DNA from: Chiloscyllium plagiosum
Taxonomy: Eukaryota
Direction of reading: 5' to 3'
NCBI RefSeq assembly: GCF_004010195.1
Contig: NC_057728.1
Span: 45,293,419 to 45,357,418, forward strand
DNA: 64,000 nt
Position numbers and translations under genes: made by a program. Within the stretch, counting starts at the first letter, position 1. Each line of letters starts with the position of its first letter. The notes beneath the pieces were generated by a model. The model did no database searches, was not told the origin of the DNA, and was given only the letters and a program-made list of their open reading frames with translations. Below are positions 13,001-26,197 of this stretch, one piece after another.

Positions 13001-14506
13001 ATCAATTAAGTCCATAGCAAGGGAGATTAGTGTTCCCTCTAAGTCAGGCAGCTGCACATGGATCTCTGAGGAGTGCTCAGGAGCAAGAAAAATTAGAGGG
13101 AACATAAGTAGAATTTGATAGACCTGTGTGGCCAGGTTTCTTTGGGGTCAGGGGTCAGCACTGTTCTTCACCAATGACTGCAAAATCCAGATCTTTTTTA
13201 TAAAACCATATTGTAAAGTTGGTACATTGCAAAAATTAGTTGATTTCACCCTCTTGTACCATTTATGCCCTCATAAAATAAAAATGTCATCTAGTGTAAC
13301 ACAACAGCAACTGCTAGTGATTCTCTCATGTCCTTGCTTACAATTATTTGTAGGAATTAGAATTCATTTTAACGCATTGGCTTTAATTGATGGAAGGGTT
13401 GAGTTTATACCTCTTGAAAAAAACACAAGTGGTAGCCATTTAAGGTTTTGCATTTCCCATTGATTTCAATGCACTGCATTATGTCCTAAAGTATTTTCAT
13501 ATTTAGCACATATCCTGTAGAAAGCAAATCCTCATTACAAAGTTCCTGCCAATTGATGTCTTAAATAAATGACTCTGATTGAGTGAAGGAGTGTTAGTTT
13601 AAAACATTTCCATCAACTAAGGCATTTAAAAAAATATAAATTTGCATGGATTTTTAGTGACCAAGTCCAAATAAGAATTGTCCACCAATTGAGACAATTG
13701 AAATGTATTATCATAGAAGGCAAATGAACTAAAAAATGTCATTTCAGATAGGACTCTGAGCAGCATGAATGAAAACTGACCGTCATTTTACCCAAATCTT
13801 ACCCAAAGATAGGGAAATGAAACATTTTACTGAGAGCTATGCTGGGTTTGGCAAAAGGAGGGAGACCAATGCAAATATGGAAAAAGTTAGAGCTAGAGTG
13901 AGATTGGAGGAACAGAAACCAGCACTGTGATCAAACAATAAATGGAGAACTGAAGCAGGGTTCACAGTACTATGGAAACTTAAACCAGCCACGGCTGGAG
14001 CAAACTGGACTGAGGTTGCAATTAGAAAATGGAGAACTAGATTGATGATGCCATAAGGCTTGAGGTCAGGACTAGGATTGAAGAAAGTGGAACAGACAAC
14101 AGCTACTACTGTTATTAAAAAATTAACACAGAGCGGAGCTAAGGCTAGGGATATAAAGCCAGCAAAACTGACGGTGAAATATTTATCGGTACCTTGACCG
14201 TAGCTGAAGAGAGGAGGACCAATTGAGGAATAAAATTTATGGATAGAAGTAGTGGAGCTGACAGTGCCATTACACTTCAAAGCAGCATACGGAATGGAGC
14301 AAAAAGCACCAATGACAGCAACATCTGTTTTAAAATTGCAACAAAAACACAGCTTAATAAATAAAGCTGCAGCATTTTTAAAAACTTGGCACAATTTTTA
14401 AAAGATATACATATAATTTTAAAAACACAAAAGGATTTGACACTGTTAAGCTAGCAGCTTTAGATGGTGATTTCAGCTTATCTTCATAATAACAGCGGTG
14501 CTTGAT

Positions 14507-14523
14507 TTCCACCTAGTGGCAGA
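14507..14523 (-). promoter_or_regulatory. Candidate CTCF site
   Basis: Minus strand TCTGCCACTAGGTGGAA matches the CTCF core CCACYAGRKGGC except at the final base; it lies in non-repetitive-looking DNA. Confidence 0.4.
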
Positions 14524-15848
14524 ATATTTGTAACTACATTGTTACATGAACTGTTTACAAAGGAAAGCTCCAAAAAAGGTTCGCATATGAATTTGCAATT
14601 TAAATATTTATCTAAAAGTACAACAAAAAGTCATGACAAGTGGAAATGAATTCCTGGAAGTTTTGCAGTAATTTTGCTGATTTCATTTTCACCTATTGAA
14701 AGTAGATTTATAGATAAATGGTTCATAATAATCCAGTAGCAATTTTGTTACAGGTAACTGTATTCGACAGAAGTTTAAGATATGGCTTGAACAATGCCTC
14801 CAGCGTCAATGAACTGGGGTTCATTCTCTTACTCTGGTGTTTTGGCGGCGTCTGCAATGGCAGTAGAGTGAATGAACCCTCAGACCTCAGGAGTTAATTT
14901 GGATGGTCTCTCAGTTCTCCAAAGTTGAGATGGGCCCCAGTCCTCAAGGGTTGGGACAGTCTCCTAGCTATGGCAGCAACTGGAGTATCGGCACCATTGA
15001 GGTGGCTGTGGCAGAAGTGGCATTCTGCGTCCGGTCCACTGTGGTAGGGGCTGCTTCAGTGTGCTTCCTCCTTGCAGGTGCCTCAGGAATAGCTTAGGTG
15101 GCAGTGGAGTGAGGCAGCATCTCGCAGACACTTCAAAAATCAAGAAGCCATGAATGGAACAGAAAATGAAATTTGTCTTAACTTTGTGTGAATCATTTCT
15201 TTTTATAATTTGTTTAATTGAAATGGCACCAGATTATGGTGACTTGTACACATTTTAATGTACTTTCAGAATTGGCAAAGTCCCAGCAAACAGAATCAAA
15301 AAGCTTCCCTTGAACTATTGAAAACATGCACTTGGTTTATGTTCATAAACAATGTTACTATGTTCTTCACAGCTGCCAGAAAACCTTCTGACCTTAGAAA
15401 CTAATTTTATATTGGTAAAATGTCATCTTTTTCCCATTATGATACATGTCACTTATTTTTGTAAATTGCGTTTATATCTCAACTTTAACTGCACAATGTC
15501 ATTTACTTTGTATTCTAAAATGTAAATTTTATATGAAGTATAATTAATATATTATACTTCCTGGCTGTTAGGATACTTGATTGTGATTTGTTATTGGTCC
15601 TATTTGCTGCTTTCATTGTTGCTAATCAGCTGGAAATATCCTTGACCTGGCTCCCAATTCAAACATTAGAAAAGAAAAATTGTTGCCAGAGGGATCATTG
15701 GATCTTTGGGAGTAGCTTTCTTCACTGCTGATAATGAAATTTGAGTCAATGTTGCTGCATGTTAAATAATCTTTGAAAATTCCGCCAATAATAATAAGAT
15801 AATCACAATATCAGCACACATTTTTTTAACTGATTGTAGAAATGTAAA

Positions 15849-16078
15849 TTCTGGATTAGTGGTGCTGGAAGAGCACAGCAGTTCAGGCAACATCTGAGTG
15901 GCAGTAAAATCGACGTTTCAGGCAAAAGTCCTTCATCAGGAATACTGTTTTCCTGATGAAGGGCTTTTGCCCGAAACGTCGATTTTACTGCTCCTCGGAT
16001 GCTGCCTGAACTGCTGTGCTTTTCCAGCACCACTAATCCAGAATCTGGTTTCCAGCATCTGCAGTCATTGTTTTTACC
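15849..16078. mobile_element. Palindromic Penelope-like pLTR insertion
   Basis: Inverted arms 15849-15942 and 15950-16043 plus a single 3' extension. 15-bp TSD TTGTAGAAATGTAAA at 15834-15848 and 16079-16093. Confidence 0.85.
15953..15980 (+). ncRNA. Minimal hammerhead ribozyme core (PLE type)
   Basis: CTGATGA-A-GGGC-TTTT-GCCC-GAAAC-GTC. Identical cores at 6087-6114 (+) and 2963-2990 (-). Confidence 0.65.
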
Positions 16079-16893
16079 TTGTAGAAATGTAAACGCAAAA
16101 GGGGGTTTGCAGCTTAATTTATTGGAAAGTTAGTTTGCAATGTAGATTGATGCCAAATCTGTGTTCAATTCCCACACCAGCTGAAATTTCCATGAAGGGT
16201 TCTCCTTCTTAACTTCTTCCACACCCTGAGGCATGGTGGCCTCAGGTTAAACCACCACCAGTCATCTCTCTACTGAGAGAGCAATCCTTACCATGACTTT
16301 ATCTTTTTTAAAGAACTTAGATGTCACCAAAGAAAGAAATATTGGGAGAGACTGTATGTAAAACATACTTTGCATAGATGACCATTTCTGTGACATATTA
16401 ACAGGTTATGCACAGGAAGTTCTTAAATTCATTGTTTTAGTCTTTTTTATTCCAGATAATTCTTTCTGAGGTTTAATTATAAATGGGGAACATGAAGTAT
16501 TGCATAAAATAATAGAATCGTAGAATGATGCATGATGGAGCATGTTCTGCTTTTTCTTTTCTGGTACATGGTTTAATATTCAGAAAGGAAAAGGAAAAAT
16601 TATGTTTATTTCACATTTCAGTGACTATTTTATTGAATTACATAATTATACAAATTGTATAATCTTTTCAGCTTGACTTTTGAGTTGACTAATGGTGATC
16701 TTATAGTTCTATAATCTCAATTAATGGAGAATTTTATTCGAAAACAATTGTTTTTTCAGGATTAAATCGTATAAATATTTAACTTCGCATTTAAAGGTAA
16801 TACTAAGAGAAAAGATTCTAGCAGAGGAACACAATTATACATTAAAATATGATCGTAATCGTTTTCGTCAATTTTGTGTATTGCTTCTTTCAG

Positions 16894-17073
16894 ATGTTCA
16901 ATCCTGAAAACATTATCAAATCTGAAGATACTAGATGGTGAAAGGATTAGTTCCACTGATACATTCTGTGCCAAAAGGCATAACAGACCTTCATCGGGGA
17001 GTTTCCTGGCACTGTGTCAGGCCCAGCTTCAAGACTCTGAATTATTACTCAAGAGACATGAAACTGAACTGGA
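16894..17073 (+). CDS. LRRIQ1: LRRIQ1 internal exon (LRR C-terminal cap region)
   Basis: Acceptor ttctttcag| and donor GA|gtaagt. Encodes CSILKTLSNLKILDGERI...FLALCQAQLQDSELLLKRHETEL, resembling recalled LRRIQ1 'LLKVLPALRILNG...FLALCQSQ'. Phase 2 at both ends. Confidence 0.9.
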
Positions 17074-17444
17074 GTAAGTCTCTCTCTTCACATTTCATCC
17101 CTGTTAGACTGCAACATAAAGCCATGCTTCATGCAAGCAAATAGTTTTTTGACACATAAGTTAGTTTGATTAAAGAATTGCACAGAACAGGAAACAGGAC
17201 AATTTAGTATAAATATTTTCCATTTTAGTATATCAACACTTGATTTGAGTTATCCATTGGGACTTGTGTGTGGGTGAAATGAAATTCAATATTTGGTAAA
17301 AATATCATGTTGGTTTGCTGGGTCCTCCACATAATATTTCAATTACACTACATCATTTTAAGAAAATTAATAAAATAAATTTAGACAGGTTACATGGGTG
17401 ATTACACATCCTTTACCATAATCCTCAACACCAATTGCCCTGCA

Positions 17445-18195
17445 AGACTATGTAGGCATTTCCTTGCTAAACTCCTTATACACTCACGATTGTGTGGCCA
17501 AAATCCACCCAAACTCGATTTACAAGTTTGCTGATGACACTGCAATTGTAGGTCGGATCTCAAACAATGACGAGACAGAATACAGGAAAGAGATTGAGTA
17601 CTTGGCAGCATAGTATAAAAACAACAATCTCTCCATCAACTTCAGAAAAATGAAGGAGCTGGTCATTGACTTCAGGAAGCAGAGTGGAAGGCATGCCCCT
17701 GTCTGCATCAATGATGCTGAGGTGGAGATGGTCAAAAGTGTCAAGATCCTGGGAGTGATGATCACCAACGATCTGTCCTCATCCACCCATATTGATGCAG
17801 TGGCCAAGAAAGCACACCAATGTCTGTACTTTCTCAGGAGGCTAAGGAAATTCGGCATGTCCAGAAGGACTCTTACCATTTTTTACAGATGTATCATAGA
17901 CAGCATCCTACCTAGATGCATCACAGTGTGGTATGGCAACCGCTCTTCCCAAGGCCACAAGAAACTACAGAGAGCTGTGAACACAGCCCAGTCCATCACA
18001 TAAACCAGCCTCCCATCTATTGCCTCCATCTATACTTCCCACTGCCTCAGGAAAGCAACCAACATAATCAAAGACCCTTTCATCCTGGTTTCACTCTATT
18101 CCACCCTCTTCTGTTGAACAGAAGATATAAACCTTCGAATAAATTGGACAATAGCTTCTTCACCTTTGAACGGACCTCTCAAATATTAATTCTGA

Positions 18196-18233
<38 letters not shown>

Positions 18234-18410
18234 CCTTACCAGCAGCTGAAGCTCTGTATTCTGCAATTCTGCACTCTGTTCTGCTACCCTGATGCACTTT
18301 ATATAGTACGATCTGCCATGATTACACTGATGCACTTTATATAGTGCTATAGCACACAAAACAATACTTTTCACTGCATCTCGTACATGTGACAACAATA
18401 AAAATCAATA
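17445..18410 (+). mobile_element. 5'-truncated LINE (Rex1/Babar-like RT)
   Basis: YTHDCVAK...YKFADDTAIVGRISNNDETEYR...KELVIDFRK...LYFLRRLRKF, with stops. Internal (CT)n at about 18200-18230 and an AATAAA-containing tail. Confidence 0.8.
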
Positions 18411-19392
18411 TTTACAATCAAGGTTTTACATATTAAAAATGTTCCAAGATGCGGAAATGAGCAAAAATTAGCTGTGTCAAAGAATAAGTTACCAGAAGGG
18501 GGTGACTAAAAGCTTGGTTTTAAGGTAGGTGAGAAAGTGGAAAGACAATGACCTTTAGAAGAAATTTTAGAGTTGCATGCTGTGGTGGACCATATCAAAG
18601 CATACAGAAATGATGAAAGAGATACTGATAAAATCATCATGATCGCTGTCATAACTTGAACTGTCATAACCTGTAAACATGGTGATTTAGTTTAAGAGCA
18701 GCTTCAGAAACCTACTTCTAGACTGAATAGATTTCATGCACTAATGGACTAGGGTTTACTTCTGATTGTTTGTGGCCCAATATGGTAAATAATGGGGCCC
18801 CAAATATTTGTTAGACAGTTCTGGAATTTGCTGTTTTTTTTAACTGAAAAAAAAACAACCATATTTGAGCGGAAACTTTTAGTTTAACTTCTAACTTTCG
18901 GTAGTATTATCCTGTGAAGACTTTGGAACAGGATGGGTACTGTATATAGATCAGTCTTCCTGAGAAAGATATTGAATTAGACTACCTTTGAATGAAAAGT
19001 TAGTGTTCGACCAAGATCAAAATCATTTTGAGATGAAAATCCCTGAGAATGTTATTTTAAACTGAGTACATTGAACCTCAAGTGTGTTGTAGCTCCAGGG
19101 AGAAGCTACCTGCAGTTCCAATTGAATTTGAGGGTGACTTTTGTACCAAGGTGATTGATACAGAAAATCTGGTATGAGTATTACACAAGTGGTGTTGTAA
19201 CTACTTTACAATGAATGGTTTTTGAAAGCTGTTTTGTAGCTTTTAAGTGTACAAAGCTGTGTTTTGGGATTAATGGAATTATAATTTTACTGTGTTGTTT
19301 TAAATCTGGAAATTGTAAGATAGAAAGATTTGTTTGCATTATTTAATCTTCATTCCTTTTGTAATAAGCTATAGGAATGAAATTGTGAAATT

Positions 19393-19684
19393 TGATTAGA
19401 TTAGATTACTTACAGAGCGGAAACAGGCCCTTTGGCCCAACAAGTCCACACCGATCCTCCGAAGAGCAATCCACTCCCCTACGTCTACCATTATGGGCAA
19501 TTTAGCATGGCCAATTCACCTAATCTGCACATTTTTGGACGGTGGGAGGAAACCGGAGCACCCGGAAGAAACCCACGCAGTCATGGGGAGAATGTGCAAA
19601 CTCCATACAGACAGTTGCCTGAGGCGAGAATTGAACCTGGGTCTCTGGCGCTGTGAGGCAGCAGTGTTAACCACTGTGCCACCA
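19393..19684 (-). mobile_element. HE1-type SINE
   Basis: Same family as 7976-8299, with an (attag)n tail. Confidence 0.88.
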
Positions 19685-20238
19685 CTTGAAAGGATTCAGA
19701 AAAGATTTACAATGATATTGCCAGGGTTGGAGGTTTTGAGCTATAGGGAGAAGCTGAATAGGGTGGGGCTGTTTTCCATGGAGTGTTGGAGTGTTTCCAC
19801 TGTATTTGATGCCTCTTTTGGATGATGGAGCTGACCTCTGTGCTGAAATGCTACTTTAACATTAATTGACCCATATCCCAAGCATTTATTACTTACAAAG
19901 CCAAAAAAGTTCAAAATTGCTTCTCCTGTTATTATCTCTTGGTCCCCAGTTTTTCTTCCAAACCTCATGCCACGAGCTTTGCTTTATCCTTATAAGTCCC
20001 AAAAGGAGATAGCTTTTCTATGCAAATAAGAAAGGGTATCTCCTGATAGGGTTGGTTTTCCCTATCTGACACCTCTATGTACATCTGTTTTTCACTCTGA
20101 CTTTACAGTTGTTGTCGTTTGGCATCTTCTATTAACTTATCTTATAGTTTGTTCATGGTCACTAAGACTTCTCGATCACATGGGCTTCTAATCCCAGTTT
20201 GCGCGATATTTCTTGCCTTTGATAAGATAGTGGATACT

Positions 20239-21205
20239 TCCTGCACCCCCGCCCTTGAACCCCACCCCTCCAACTGCTACAAGGATTGAATCCTCCTGGT
20301 CCTCACCTTGCACCCCACCAGATACAACGCATCATTCTCAGCCATTTTCGGCACCTACAGTCAGACCCCACCACCAGAGATATATTTCCCTCACCACCAA
20401 CTTCAACATTCCGCAGAGACCATTACCTTTGTGACTTTCTTGTTAGATCCACACCTCACACCAACCCACCCTCCACTCCCGGCATCTTCCCTTGCCATTG
20501 CAAAAAGTGTAAAACCTGCGCCCACACCTCCATCCAAGGCACCAAAGGATCCTTCCATATCCGGCAGAGATTTTCTTGCACATCCAAATACCTCATCTAC
20601 TGTGTCTGTTGCTCTCGATGTGGTCTCCTTGACATTGGGGAGACAGGATGCTAACCAGTGGAATGTTTCAGAGAACATCTTCAGGACACATGCTCTAAAC
20701 AACTCCACTGCCCTGTGGCTAACCACTTCAACTCTCCCTCCCATTCCACCAATGACTTGCAAGAACTGGGCCTCCTCCACCGCCAAATCCTAGCCACCCA
20801 ACGACATGAGGAAGAGCACCTCATCGTCTGCCTTGAGACCCTCCAACCAACCTAATCAATGTCGATATCACCAGTTTCCTCATCTCCCCTACCCCCTACC
20901 TTATCCCAGATCCAACCGTGCAACTCAGCACTACCCTCTTGAACTGGTCCTACCCTGTCCATCTTCCTTCCCACATGTCCGCTCCTCCTCCGCTCCGATC
21001 TATCACCATCACCCTACACCTTCATCTACCTATTGCATTTCTAGCAATCTCCACTCCAGCTCCATCCCCCTCCCATTTATCTCTCAGCCCCCTTGCCTCT
21101 CACCCTACTACATTACCAATGAAGGGCTTATGCTTGAAATGTCAATGCTGCTGCTCCTCAGATGCTGCCTGATCTGCTGTGTTTTTCCAACACCACACTT
21201 TGTCT
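20239..21205 (+). mobile_element. Penelope-like element 3' fragment (GIY-YIG endonuclease region and pLTR)
   Basis: IFPSPP..FRRD..L..LVRS, CKKCKTC and FSCTSKYLIYCVCCSRCGLLDIGETG are the PLE Cys-rich linker and GIY-YIG motifs. A decayed pLTR follows at about 21110-21205. Confidence 0.88.
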
Positions 21206-21495
21206 GTGTAATTATGCCTGTTACTGAATGGTTCCGTTTACATTCCCCATTGCTAAAAGTGCTTTCTGCTGTTTATTTTGCACAAACATCTTCAAATTCA
21301 TCATTAGCAAAGTTTACCCTACCACTCTCACAATGTCAGTGGGAATTCTTTTTTTCTGGTCCAGGTCTGGTTTTCCCTTACCTTATTCACAATTATCTTC
21401 TTGCATGTCATTCTGATGACAGAATGATTTGCTGAATGTCTAATCTATATTAATATCTTACTTTTATACTTTTAAGTCTATAAGATAGTGACAAT

Positions 21496-23718
21496 GGACC
21501 ATAGGACAGTACAGCACAGTATAGGCCCTTCGGCCTACAATGTTGTGTCAGGCATTTATTTTAATCTAAGATCAACCTAAACTATATACCCCTCAATTTA
21601 CTGCCATCCATATGCTTGTCCAGCAGTCGCTTAAATGTCCCTAATGTCCCCTTTACTATCACCACTGGCAGTGCATTCCACTCACCCACCAATCTCTGTA
21701 TAAAGAACCTACCTCTGACATCTCCCCTATATCTTCCTCCAATCACTTTAAAATTATGACCCCTCGTGACAGCCATTTCTGCACTGGAGAACAGTCTCTG
21801 GCTATCTACTCTATCTATGTCTCTCATTACCTTGTACACCTCTATCAAGTCACCTCTCTTCCTCTTTCTCTCCAGTGTGAAAGGCGCTAGCTTACTCAGC
21901 CTCTCTTCATAAGACAAGCCCTCCAGTCTAGACAGCACCCTGGTAAAGTTCCTCTACACACTCCCTGAAGCATCTACATCCTTCCTATAATGAGGCGACC
22001 AGAACTGGACACAATATTTCAAGTGTGGTCCAACCACAGTTTTATAGAGCTGCAGCAAAACTTCATTGCTGTTAAACTCAATACCCCTGTTAATTAAAGC
22101 CAAAATACCGTATGCCTTCTTAACAAACCTATCAACTTGGGTGGCAACTTTGAGGAATCTAAGTACGTGGACCCTGCTGTTCCTCCACACTGCCAAGAGT
22201 CCTGTCTTTAACCCTGTATTCTGTATTCAAATTTGACTTTCCAAAATGAATCACTTCGCATTTATCCAGGTTAAACTCCATCTTCCACTTTTCAAGCCCA
22301 GCTCTGCATCCTGTCAATGTCTTGTTGTAGCCAGCAACAACCTTCGACACTATCTACATTACCACCAACCTTTGTGACATTTGCAAAATTACTAACCCAC
22401 CCTTCCACTTCTTCATCCATGTCATTTATGAAAACTACAAAGAGCTGAAGCCCAACAATGGATGTCTGCAGAACACCACTGGTCACTGACCTCCAGGTGG
22501 AATACTTTCCATCCACTACCACTCGCTTCTTTCCGCCAGCCAATTCTGTCTCCAGACAGCCATTTTTCCCTGTATCCCACACCTCCTAACTTTCTGAATG
22601 AGCTTACCATTGGGAATCTTATCAAATGCCTTACTGAAATCCATATACCACATCCACTGCTCGACCTTCGTCAACTTGCCACATCCTCAAAGTACTCAGT
22701 AAGACCTGTGAGGCATGAGCTGCCCCTCACAAAGCCATGCTGACTATCTTTAATCAAAGTATGTTTTTTTCCAAATAGTCATAAATCCTATCTCTCAGAA
22801 TCCTTTCCAGTATGTTGCTTACCACAGACAAGGAACAACATTTGCCTCCCTCCAATCATCCACTACTACTCCCGCAGAGAGTGAGGATGCAAAGATCATC
22901 ACCAGAGGCGCAGCAATCTCATTCCTCGTTTCCCGTACAAACCTTGGATATACCTGATCTGGCCCTGGGGACTTAGCTATCTTGATGCTTCTCAGAATTT
23001 CTAACACATCCACTTTGTTAATATTAATCTGTTCAAGCCTATTAACCTGGTCCGTGGTGTTCTCACTATCAACAAGGTCCCTCTGTCTAGTGAATACTGT
23101 AGCAAAAAACTCATTTAGGCCCTTCCCTACCCCTTCTGACTCCAGGCACAAGTTCGCTTCACTCTCCCTGATCAGCCCCACCCTCTCTCTGATCATTCTC
23201 ATATTCCTCACGTAAATGTAGAATGCCTTTGAGTTTTCCTTAATCCTTCCCACCAAGTCATTTCCATGCCCTCTCCTTGTTCTCCTCAGTCCATTTTTGA
23301 GTTCTTTCTGAGCTTCCCTGTAATCCTCCAAAGCTGTGCCAGATCCTGGCTTCCTCAACCTTAAGTAAGCTTCCTTCTTCCTCTTGTCGAAAAGCTCCTC
23401 TTCTCTTGGCATCCAAGGCTCATTCACCTTACCATTCCTTGCCTGCCTCAGTGGGACAAAGTTATCCAATACTCGCAACAAGTGCTGTTTAAACAGCCTC
23501 CACATTTTTGTTGTGCCTTATCCATAGAACAATTGTTCCCAATTTATACTCCACAGCTCCTGTGTAATAGCAGTATAATTTCCCCTCCCCCAATTAAATA
23601 CCTTCCCATACTGTCTGTTCCTATCTCTCTCCCTGGCTCTGGTAAAGGTGAGACAGTTGTGGTCACTGTCACTGAAATGCTCTCCCACCGAAAGATCTGA
23701 AACCTGGCCTGGTTCTTG
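21496..23718 (-). mobile_element. CR1 LINE (ORF2 fragments and 3' UTR)
   Basis: ORF fragments KSPGPDQVYPR, FVVFINDMDE, NFANVTKVGG and YCVQFWSPHYRKD. Confidence 0.92.
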
Positions 23719-24272
23719 TTGAAATCTTTTGCTAAGGGCAGCTTTCGAATAAGCTGTGACAGTGTCCTTTTTTTTAAACATCTCATATAGCACATACCTG
23801 TTGCATGAACTTATAATACTCCTTAACCCTTAATTCTGTATCGTTTACTAAAATTTGAAACTTTTGGAGAGTAGAATTTCCTGTGTGATTTTAACACAAT
23901 TGACTTTTAGGCTTCTAAATTTCTGTCCTCAGTTATTTATAGTTGAATTGCTTTATTGAAGAGATTATGTTCCTTTCAAATGAATACAATTGTATCCCAA
24001 TAATGTAATTTTCAAAGTCACAGATTTACTAAATACAATAGCTCTATTGCTTTGCATATCCAGTTTAGTCTGTGCTTTCTTCATCAATAACCAAATTAAT
24101 AACAACATTAATAGACTAGACACCATATTTGTGCCAATTAAATGATTGCTTTTCACGATACTACAAGAAATTACCACAAAATCTTTTTCAAAGCTTTGGT
24201 GTATTGTCATCCCTAAATCTGAAACTGCTATAATTTGTAAATTCGTTGATTTTATCCTGGTCTTTCTTATTA

Positions 24273-24496
24273 GAGAAAGTGAGGACTGCAGACGCTGGAG
24301 ATCAGAGTCAAAAAGCGTGGTGCTGGAGAAGCATAGCAGGTTAGGCAGCATCCCAGAAGCAGGAGAGTCAACATTACGGGCATAAGGCTTTCTAAGGAAG
24401 CCCACCTTGAATAACATTCCTGATGAAGGGCTTATGCTAGAAATATCGATTCTCCTGCTCCTTGGATGATGCCTGACCTTCTATGCTCTTCTCAGT
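24273..24496. mobile_element. Diverged palindromic Penelope-like pLTR pair
   Basis: Reverse-oriented pLTR followed by a forward partial arm with cctgatgaagggcttatgctagaaat; inserted within the Copia fossil. Confidence 0.75.
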
Positions 24497-26197
24497 AGAA
24501 GAGTCTAGGCAGCATTTTAGCCAGACTATTACACACACTGTAAATATGCATCCATTGTGTAATCTCGTACATTTGAAAGGCTATTCCACCAAAGCATTCA
24601 CTTAACTACAACCTGTTGTCACAATATGATGCCCTCACTTTGATCCACACCTCCATCTTCTTCCTCTGAATCTTCTATTTCCTGTTTAGTTTTGTGAACT
24701 ATTTTATATGTTTGAGACAGTTCATGTCATAATGTAAAGGTTTGAATCACACCTGAAATACCAATTGACTACAACCTGAGCATTTTTGGGATTCATTCTC
24801 TTATTGTAAATTTGAAACTTTGATTTTTAAATATCAACAACACTTCTGCCTTCATTTCTAATAGTTACATGTCATTTTACATACTCTTGCCTGTGACCTG
24901 TATCTCAATGCTCATGACAATTGCTAATATTGAAAACTCCATTTTTTGAAGTACCAGTAATTGCCCTTTTTGCAATACAAATGCTGCTTTGATAAGAATT
25001 TTTTAATGTACTTTTAATGTTTGTTCTAACAGTGTATGCTTATCCACAATTTAACTCCGATACAAACTAGAATCACTCTATACTTGATACTTTTAGTACC
25101 ATCAAATAACTTAAGTACCAGCACAGATTGGATAATTTCCAAATAAAATTTCTGCAGTCTTGCATGCAGTCTGCTAAATTCCATTATGTACTCTTGCATG
25201 GTAATATCCTTGGTCGTTTTAAATTTGTCAAAACTACTCATAAGCACTCAAATCATCCTTTTTGATCAATTTTATCCATGAAAGTTAACAATCTATCCAA
25301 ACTTTGTCTATGTTTAAATCGTAGACTCCAATCCCAAAAACACATTGCTTCTTGTCCTCTATTTGTATTGTGAGGAAAGTGCAAAGGCCATACCTTATTT
25401 CTTTTTGGGTAAAGAAATAGTCCAGTTTCATGTTGTAATTTCATTCCTTAATTGTCTTAAAGCTCACTATCAAAAAACTTTAGTGGACTAATTGTACCTG
25501 AAACCTTTACATTTTGACTCAATATCCTTTGCTATGACTCTAATACAGAAGAAGATTAATATTTTTGAAGGTACGAGTCTACACTTTTAGTGAGAGCATT
25601 TTTTCAGTTAACAATGCTCCATAAAATTCACACATCACAGATTACTAGCTTCCTACATATTTTTAAGTCATCCTGGTCACAGATGTTCTTTCATACCGTC
25701 AGAGCAGGTGAGACTTGTACCCAGCCTCCTAGTTCAAGGTCGGGACACTCCCATGTACTACAAGAGCCAATGCTCTCTATATTTATACAGCCAATTGACA
25801 GCTGACTAACCCTTAATTAAAATGTTCATTACCTGTTCTTCATTCTATTTGGTCTCTGGCATCCTTGCATACCATATTTGATCATAACAGTTGAAGATCA
25901 ATGTTTTGCAACTCTTTGAAGAGGTTCTCTTGAGAAAGTAAATAATTGATACAGGCAGTCAACAAAATGATATCAATCACAGTGACAATTAAGTCCACAA
26001 GATTATTGCATGTTTTCAAGGTGAACAGCAAGTGACTGTTTCATCCTTTCTCAATTTGAGCTTATTGCAAAGCCAGCGCAGTTTTGAGCTCTTTCCATTG
26101 CAAAAACCTATAAATACTGCCTTCTGTCTCAAAAGTATTTACCCATATTGTTTCCTAAATTTTGTTAAGCAGCATTGCAAAGTTGGTGTTAATTTAT

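Larger units (their letters stand above)
19797..25600 (-). mobile_element. Fossil Ty1/Copia LTR retrotransposon (gag-PR-INT-RT) fragmented by later insertions
   Basis: Minus-strand remnants in Copia order: gag FDKF...MQEYIMEFSRL (~25240); degenerate zinc knuckle (~24740); protease-like LHNGCIFTVCVIVWL (~24550); MKKAQTKLDM (~24070); integrase LPLAKDFN (~23730) and TAESTFSNGECKRNH (~21250); RT YKDKAKLVA*GLEE and SINVKVAF...PKEA (~19810-20000). Confidence 0.8.

Noticed and set aside
13837..14394. 185-aa hydrophobic minus-strand ORF
   Set aside because: No recognisable domain, non-ATG start, and it is simply the complement of a purine-rich tract.
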